From Azolla caroliniana (Eukaryota > Plantae > Polypodiophyta): a stretch of DNA of 12,668 nucleotides. The stretch is from contig JBHGNT010001045.1 of the NCBI GenBank assembly GCA_043228905.1, positions 1 through 12,668 of the forward strand, given 5' to 3'. The notes under the pieces were generated by a model, which worked only from the letters and a program-made list of their open reading frames with translations, was not told where the DNA came from and searched no databases. Shown piece by piece: positions 1 through 6,800 of this stretch (position 1 is the stretch's first letter; the number at the start of each line of letters is the position of its first letter). Made by a program: the position numbers and the translations under genes.

Positions 1-1999
1 ATGGTTTTGTAGTTAGGTGCAACATGTATAGTATAATGTGTGAAGTGTGAGCCTCTACATTTGTCCCATGTCATGATACATTGGCGTTGCAAAAAGGCCT
101 CCTTTACAGAGGAATCTAATGATGCATCATGAACCAAGTGTCTCGCATCCCATCTACCAAACCATTTTTCTATATCTTGCATCCAACCGGAACACAAAAT
201 TTTGCTTTTATGCGTCTTTTGGATCTTTTTGCTTGCTTCCCACACAATTCTAGGAAGTCTATGTGAGGGACTTTTTTGAACCTTAAGCATGTATTCAACA
301 ACCCTTTCCATGGCCATGATCTCAATGGGAAGCGATCCCGTCTCAAGGAGGAGGAGGGTGTAGGGTGTTTGTTTCTTAACTTGTAGAAACTTTGTAAGAA
401 AATGTTTTTGGACATTTTCAACCTCTTTCCACATAGATTTAGGGATGTTACCGCCCCATACTTCCACCCCATAGAGAAGAACCGGTGTCACCAAAGTGTC
501 AAAAAGATAATTCTTGAGGACCCAACACTTAATATCTCCAAGATTGCATGTGTTCTCAAATGCATAGTATGCTCGCTTACCCGCCTCTAAGCGGCGTGTA
601 GCACATTCATTCCATCTATGATTTGAAGGAACTTCAAGGCCAATATATTTGAAGCTTTCCACACATTCAAGTGGCTCATTATTTTATATAATGCATGGTT
701 TATCTCTTTTTTGGCTCTTCACAAGCATAATCTTTGTTTTAGAGGTATTGACACTTAATTTAGTATGCATACAAAACTTTTGTGCATCTCCTAAAGTATT
801 TGCAAAAGGCACTACATCATCTGCATATAGCAAAAGCATAATCACAACATTCCCAATGGCAACTTCTTCAACACATTCTTCCTTTGCAAACTTGGTAACC
901 ATTTCTTCCAATTCATCAATGCATAGACCAAATAGTGTTGGAGAGAGAGGGCATCCTTGCTTAACACCAATAGTGCTTTTGAAAAAATCTGAAAGTTTAT
1001 CTCTCATGCGCACACAACATATAACCTTCTCATAAATTCGGGAAATTGCAAGCATATATTCACTTGACACCTCAAGTCTTCCATTCGTCTCCAAAGATGC
1101 TCACGAGGTACCATATCAAAAGCTTTCTTGAAGTCTACAAAGCAACAATATAAACCTTTACCTCTAAGGCGACTTTCCTCCATTAATACTCGAAGGGTGA
1201 TAAGGTGATCAATGGTGCTATGGTGTTTCCGAAAGCCAGCTTGTCCATAAGCTCTCTTACCATTTTTTTCAGCCCATACACTTATCTTTGTTTCCATTAT
1301 ACATCCAAATAGTTTTGCCATTAATGAGCCAACCATGATGGTTCGATAGTTGTTTACATTTTTTATATCTCCACCTTTATGTAAAGGTTTGATCCAATTT
1401 GTAGCCCAATCGTACGACATACCATGTTGCAATGCATCATTAAACATATCGCTTATCCATATATGTGCTTCATTTCCCGTCCATTTGAGCATTTCAACCT
1501 TTATACATTGAAGATCACTTACCTTTCGAGAGGCCAATTTCTTAAGTCCTATGCATATATCTTCAATTGTAAAGAAGGGGGGCATATGTGAAAGAGAACT
1601 ATAACACATCATCTTTCCGGCAAGAGATAACTCATATAAATTCTTACAATGCATAGAAAAGTCGTGAAGAGTTAAGTCACCATAACTCTCAACACGTTTC
1701 CCCTTTAGATTTCCCCAAAATTTAGCACATGCATGTGCTTACTCTTGCGTTTGGATAAATTGTTGAGTAACTTCCCATATTCTTGTCTTTCTTTGAATAA
1801 GCCTTTTATACTCATGCAAATGCTTTTGATAATTCTCTTTATCCTTAACTACATCCAAAACCATAAGGCACTTTCGAGCTTCACAACATTCTTTATCAAA
1901 CCATTTTTTCATAAGTTTCTTGGTGCATTTCCAAGATGCGCGGTTGGTCGAAAAACACTTGTTTGTACAGGAGAGGATGACTTTCTTGAAAGCTTCAAT
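1..1999 (-). pseudogene. Disrupted LINE reverse transcriptase ORF2
   Basis: In-frame TAA at 1739-1741, frameshift near 1075-1080 (WRRMEDL / EVSSEYML), and in-frame TAA at 684-686. After that the frame stays open to base 1 (NNEPLECVESFKYIGLEV...HVAPNYKT); this part is absent from the ORF track because it has no stop. Confidence 0.88.
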
Positions 2000-2000
2000 T
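1..2000 (-). mobile_element. 5'-truncated non-LTR retrotransposon (LINE, probably RTE/RTEX-like), ORF2 fragment; 3' part continues beyond the left edge
   Basis: Minus-strand translation gives LINE ORF2 motifs in order: linker WFDKEC, NYRTIMV, GQAGFRKHHSTIDH, CFVDFKKAFDMVPR, GVKQGCPLSPTLF, LLYADDVV, LSVNTSKTKIM, FKYIG, PVLLYGVEVWG. No APE endonuclease domain is visible, so it is 5'-truncated near 2000 (boundary approximate). The clade call is tentative. Confidence 0.93.
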
Positions 2001-2084
2001 GGAGACCAGGTGATCATGGGTTCAACCCCTACATTCCACAATAGCATCTAGTAAATTTGAGAGATGTATATGGAGTAATAGAGA

Positions 2085-2154
2085 GGTGAGGATATTGGGT
2101 TTCGAACCCACAATGTAATGTTAGTAGTGTAAATGACTTACCACTAGGGTAAGC
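2085..2154 (-). repeat. tRNA-derived (SINE-head-like) fragment with A-box-like and B-box motifs
   Basis: Reverse complement reads GCTTACCCTAGTGGTAAGT...TACATTGTGGGTTCGAAACCC: A-box-like TAGTGGTAAG and B-box GGTTCGAAACC at tRNA-like spacing. No complete cloverleaf. Confidence 0.45.
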
Positions 2155-2320
2155 TAATTATGATAAGAAAAAGAGAGAGAGATGTATAGATCCATAGAAT
2201 GAACCATTCGTATCATACGTGCATTCTCATTCGTGAATGATTCAATAATACGTGTATGGTAAATCATCTCAACATTGGATTGGATACATAAGAATGGTAT
2301 TGATTGAATCACATGTCATA

Positions 2321-2459
2321 AGTTTCAATACTTTAGAAATTATTAAAGTACTAAACATTAGAAAGAGAGAGAAAGAGGGACACACAACAAGAGAGGGGCA
2401 AGTAGTTTCAATACTTTAGAAATTATAAGAAAGAGGGGGACAAAGCAAGAGAGGCAAGT
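2321..2459. repeat. Imperfect tandem duplication, period about 83 bp
   Basis: AGTTTCAATACTTTAGAAATTAT occurs at 2321 and 2404, each followed by a GAAAGAGGG..ACA..CAAGAGAGG..CAAGT tail. Confidence 0.8.
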
Positions 2460-3002
2460 GTTATGAGCTAAAGCTTCAACTTCTATGGCAGTATTCCCAA
2501 GACCATTCACCTTCCTTCTCTTCGTCATCCTCAGATTCTTCATATTTTTCTGATCATCGCCATCATCGTGATGACTCTGATTCTGATTCTATTTCTGAGG
2601 ATCACCATGGTCCATGACTATGATTCGTCTTATTCTTGTCAACATGGTGGATCAAGCTTCTGTTCTTCTTGCTCATCATCACGGTGTTCTTGAGATTAAT
2701 GTTGGCTCTGAGCATGTCCCTAGCTCTAAGGATCTCCTCCCTCATCCTCTCCACGATCATGAGCCACACCTACTACCCAGAGCTCCCCATCACTCCCCAT
2801 CACTCCCCATGAATTATACTAAGGAGGCTGAGATGTAGCAGAAGCCATGGAGCACTGCATCCATGGCCTGGCAGCAAAATCGTTGTAAAGAAGAATGCCA
2901 TAGCCATACCCGAAGACACAACAGAATGCTTGGAGAAATCATGGTCACCAAGATATGGAGGATGAGTGGCGTTCTGATCATGAGTAGCAGAAGAAGATTC
3001 AT
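2358..3002 (-). pseudogene. Putative decayed single-exon ORF of unknown family, divergent from the CLF gene
   Basis: Visibly GC-richer than its flanks. One frame can be rebuilt from ATG 3002 by removing two short tandem duplications (20 bp in 2783-2810, 7 bp in 2605-2616), leaving four TAA/TAG stops. No recognised domain. Confidence 0.35.
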
Positions 3003-3005
3003 GAG

Positions 3006-3008
<3 letters not shown>

Positions 3009-3040
<32 letters not shown>
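3009..3040. repeat. (GA)16 microsatellite / GAGA element
   Basis: Perfect GA dinucleotide run of 32 bp. Confidence 0.97.
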
Positions 3041-3043
<3 letters not shown>

Positions 3044-3226
3044 AAAAAAAAGTAATAAAAAAAAGGAACACATATTTTTCCCTTTTCCAACGTGTTCGTT
3101 TCCAAATGTATTCAAACGTTTGAATGCTACCACAAACACGAATATTATGTTCTATGTGTGGATCATTTCCTCAAGTGCATATTCAAGTTTTCTAATGGCA
3201 TGCCAGGTCGTCCCTATCCCTAGATC

Positions 3227-3538
3227 AGTAGTCTCAAAGACTAAGAAGTGTTGTAACAACTGATTGTGGATTTTACATACAATTAATATAATTGTATGTG
3301 ATATAATTAATATATTACAATTAATATAATTGTGTGATTTTACCAGAAAAAAGAGAGAGAAAAAAGCAAGTAGACTCGGAGACTAAGAAGTGTTGTAACA
3401 ACTGACTGTGGATTTTACATACAATTAATATAATTGTATGTAATATAATTAATATATTACAATTAATATAATGGTGTGATTTTACATACAATTAATATAA
3501 TTGTGTGATTTTACCAAAAAAAAAGAGAGAAAAAAAAC
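3227..3538. repeat. 142-bp tandem duplication containing five copies of an AT-rich palindromic core
   Basis: AGACTAAGAAGTGTTGTAACAACTGA at 3238 and 3380. Core ACAATTAATATAATTGT at 3279, 3317, 3421, 3459 (one mismatch) and 3488. Confidence 0.93.
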
Positions 3539-3699
3539 CAAAAAGAAAGAGAGAGAGAATGGGGGGGGACATTTTTGGAAATATTAGATAAGGAAGGGAT
3601 ATTTTTGGTAGTTTTGGAAAACAAGATTGGGTGGGTCAAACCTTCCAATTTATGTACATATCGTTCGAAATTACTATTTTCTTTCTTCTGACAGTGAGA

Positions 3700-3780
3700 A
3701 TGGTTTCTGCTTCTTCTTCGAGGGAGGAATCCATTGACATGGATCCATGGAATCTAGGAGAGAGAAGAAGGACAGCATAA
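3700..3780 (+). promoter_or_regulatory. Candidate upstream ORF (26 aa) in the CLF leader
   Basis: agaATGG (A at -3, G at +4) opens MVSASSSREESIDMDPWNLGERRRTA* and overlaps the out-of-frame ATG at 3747. It depends on the transcript including this region. Confidence 0.4.
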
Positions 3781-3819
3781 AGAAAAGGAAGGATAGGACC
3801 ATCGAAAGCTCAATTACCT
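3747..3819 (+). CDS. CLF: Possible first coding exon of CLF (otherwise a 5'UTR exon)
   Basis: ATG 3747 gives MESRREKKDSIKKRKDRTIESSIT. Donor CCT|GTAACT at 3820 splices in frame (phase 1) to acceptor TTTCAG|4160. No homology support. Confidence 0.35.
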
Positions 3820-6800
3820 GTAACTGTTCCCCCCCTCCCCCTAATTATTCAGAAACCCCCCCTTCCCTTCTAAATTATGTTTGTTGTTGATTCAATGTAA
3901 AATTTCCTTCTTCTTTTTTTGCATTAAGCGAACTTACTTAGATTTGATACACAGTTTAACGTGATTTGGAAACCCTTCTTCATTCAATCTAATTATGTCT
4001 TGATTTAATACCAATTTTTTCCTTCTGTTCGTAAGACTAATTATTTAGGTTTAATATACATTTTATCCTTTTATTGTAAAATAACTAGTTCGACTTAATA
4101 AAAGGAAATCTCTTTTATTTCTTGAACTTTGTGTTTTTTTTTTATCTTTTTTATTTCAGCAGTGTTTGCAAAGATGGATATAAAATCTAGCTCTGCGGGG
4201 AAGAGGAGAGATTCCTTTGCAGACTTCTTGCAGGCGTGTGCTCCTTATAGCATTTATTTTTGTTTAGTTGCTATCTCTATTCATATATTTTCGATTCAAT
4301 TGTATGTATGTTTTTGTTTTGTTTTTTGGCTATTTCCATGTCATATTTTGTGATGGAAATTATGCACCTTAATGATTCATGCATCTCATCTGATAAACTT
4401 TCTTGTAATAACTTAATTTCTTGAATGTCTTCAATTTAGTTTTTGTAGATTGAAATAATGAAAATAACACAAATGGACTCAAAAATGTTTCAGCTTTATT
4501 GGGAAATTTTGAAAATCTCACAATTTGTTTCCTCCTTAGTATTTCATACTCTCCGCAAGTATATAACCATTCTGAATTTCATTTTTATATTTTGAAAATT
4601 TCAATACTTGTTCTTTTTTATCTCAATTTATGCAACTTTTAGGACCATCCCTTAACTATTCCTAAATGCCAAAATGAAGCACTTCCGTGCATACGTGCAT
4701 ACATATATGTACACACACATATATGCATATATGCATTCATATCTATATATACATGTACATCTATAATGATTGATAATTTTATCTAATTTACCAAACTGTC
4801 TTTAGCATATGATACCCCAGCCTTTGGATGGACTGAAGAAATCATTGCAGTTCTCAACAACATGTTATATTCATCCATTAGTGATGTCGGGGATTCTATG
4901 TATGATGTTTGATAAGAATTTAGTAGTTTGATTGATAATTTTTTGAATTATTCATTTCACACTACCTAATATGTAGTATACAAATATTGAAGTCTCTGCC
5001 TATTCATGAGCACGAATAACATGAATAGAAATGCCATAAAATTTGGTTTACATTATGTCCGAATTACTCCATAAAATTTATCATTCTTGAGATAGATTTT
5101 AATTAGAAAGTGTGTGTATATATATACTCTCTCGTTAAAATTCTATTAGCTGTTTATTTTTCATCCTTTCTCTCATCACTTGTGCTTTCACTCACTCACT
5201 GCACATAGAAGTTCTAGGCTTATATATATTTCTTTTGCATAATTTGCAGTATATCTATACAAAAAAGTCTTAGTAATTAGCACTGTCTTTCTCTGTGTTT
5301 ATAGTATGATTAACCTTTTTAATGCCTTTCGTTCTTTTAGCAAAAAAAGGATGACAATGAACATCCTGTCAAAGTATCAAGTTCAACTATCTCGTCAACT
5401 ATCAATAGACTAAAGAAGCAAGTTGATCTCTATCGGATAGCATATGTGAAAGTATGTTTTATTTTCTACTTCCTCACTTAGTATACTTTACTTTACTACT
5501 TTCAGTCTCAAAGGTATAGATTTAGATGCAAATGTCTCAACAAAGCATATTCAATCAGATGAGAATGGAGATCAACAGTGAAAAGATACAGAGGTATGCT
5601 TTGAAGTTGCTCGAACTAAGCAAAGAACGAGGAATAGTTTCGGATACCAGAAACAGAGTGGAAGAGAAAGACCTGCTCTTCAATCAAATCCAGAAATCTC
5701 TATGTAAAGTGACTGGTCTTGAAACAGATGGGCTGGAAAGAAGTGGGCCAAATGAGCTTCAAGAGGATGGTTCAAATGTATTCTTTGCCTTTTTAAATAA
5801 CGGAAATAACAATTTAGCTGGAAAGAGTGAGCGAACCATAAGGCTTCCTGCTATCCAGCAATATCCTCCGTATACAACATGGATATTTTTAGACAGGTAA
5901 TAGGTACATCAATCTGTTTGTGTTTCAATGTTGTTTATAATATATTTTGAGGTCAATGAAAAGATGATGTCTTACATTATACAGAAATCAAAAGATGCCA
6001 GAGGACCAGTCTGTGGTTGGGAGGAGACGTATATATTATGATCAGAATGGTAGTGAGGCTCTGATTTGCAGCGATAGTGAAGAGGAGGCCCCTGATGATG
6101 ATGATGATAAACATGAATTTAGTAAAGGGGAGGACTACATCTTATGGTATGGGATTTAATAATTTAAATGTGATTGGTTTTGTTTAAGGTAGCGAATCCT
6201 TTTCATACATCTTATTCCATGATTGAGTTTCTCAAAGTATTTGGCATTCTAACATTTGAATAACAAATTAGCATAAAATCATATGCATAGGTGCAGTTTT
6301 GTCGATAATAGTTCTGCCTGCAATTTAACGGAAATATGGTATGTGGGAATGTGTCATGCTAGAAAAGAGATTAGTTTGAAAAGTGTAGCAAGTAAATCAA
6401 AGATAAGGGAAACTATGATGCTAATTATATTTTTAGAATTATAATTTGTTACATAACATTACCTGTAATAATAGCAAATATTTTCCTGACCTTTACTGTT
6501 ATCAGCAGTAATAATATTGGCTATAATAGAATTAGAAAAAAAATAAAAAGTATATTATTAATAGATATAAATATATTTGTAATAAATAGATTTACTATGT
6601 TATCTAGTAGATATATTATTTGTATTTTATTACTGCCCAATCATATATTAATAACATAGATTTAATGAAAATCGATATAAAATAGATTTTTATTTTCTCA
6701 AAGTATATTATTAATAGATTTAATACAATCAGGCAGTAATAAAATAAAAATAAAAATAAAATTGAAGTATTCGCCTTATTATCATCTTGCAATATGCTAG

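Noticed and set aside
684-1654. RT as a retron, DGR or group II intron system
   Set aside because: Motif order and the flanking linker and C-terminal regions are those of a eukaryotic LINE ORF2, and the locus is a spliced plant gene region.
170-2044. Track ORFs 170-472, 402-590, 649-1035 and 1733-2044
   Set aside because: Alternative-frame or antisense shadows of the LINE ORF2.
2085-2154. Functional tRNA gene
   Set aside because: A/B-box-like motifs are present but I cannot form an acceptor stem or anticodon arm.
2614-3105. Track ORFs 2614-2838, 2863-3045 and 2800-3105 as real genes
   Set aside because: Short, low-complexity or running through the GA microsatellite, with no recognisable domain; better explained as shadows of the decayed minus-strand frame.
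4806-4899. 94-nt AG/GT-bounded segment that would let the canonical GT donor at 4236 rejoin frame at 5341
   Set aside because: The required frame has several stops (first TGA within three codons), so it cannot be a coding exon. A poison-exon role cannot be supported without reads.
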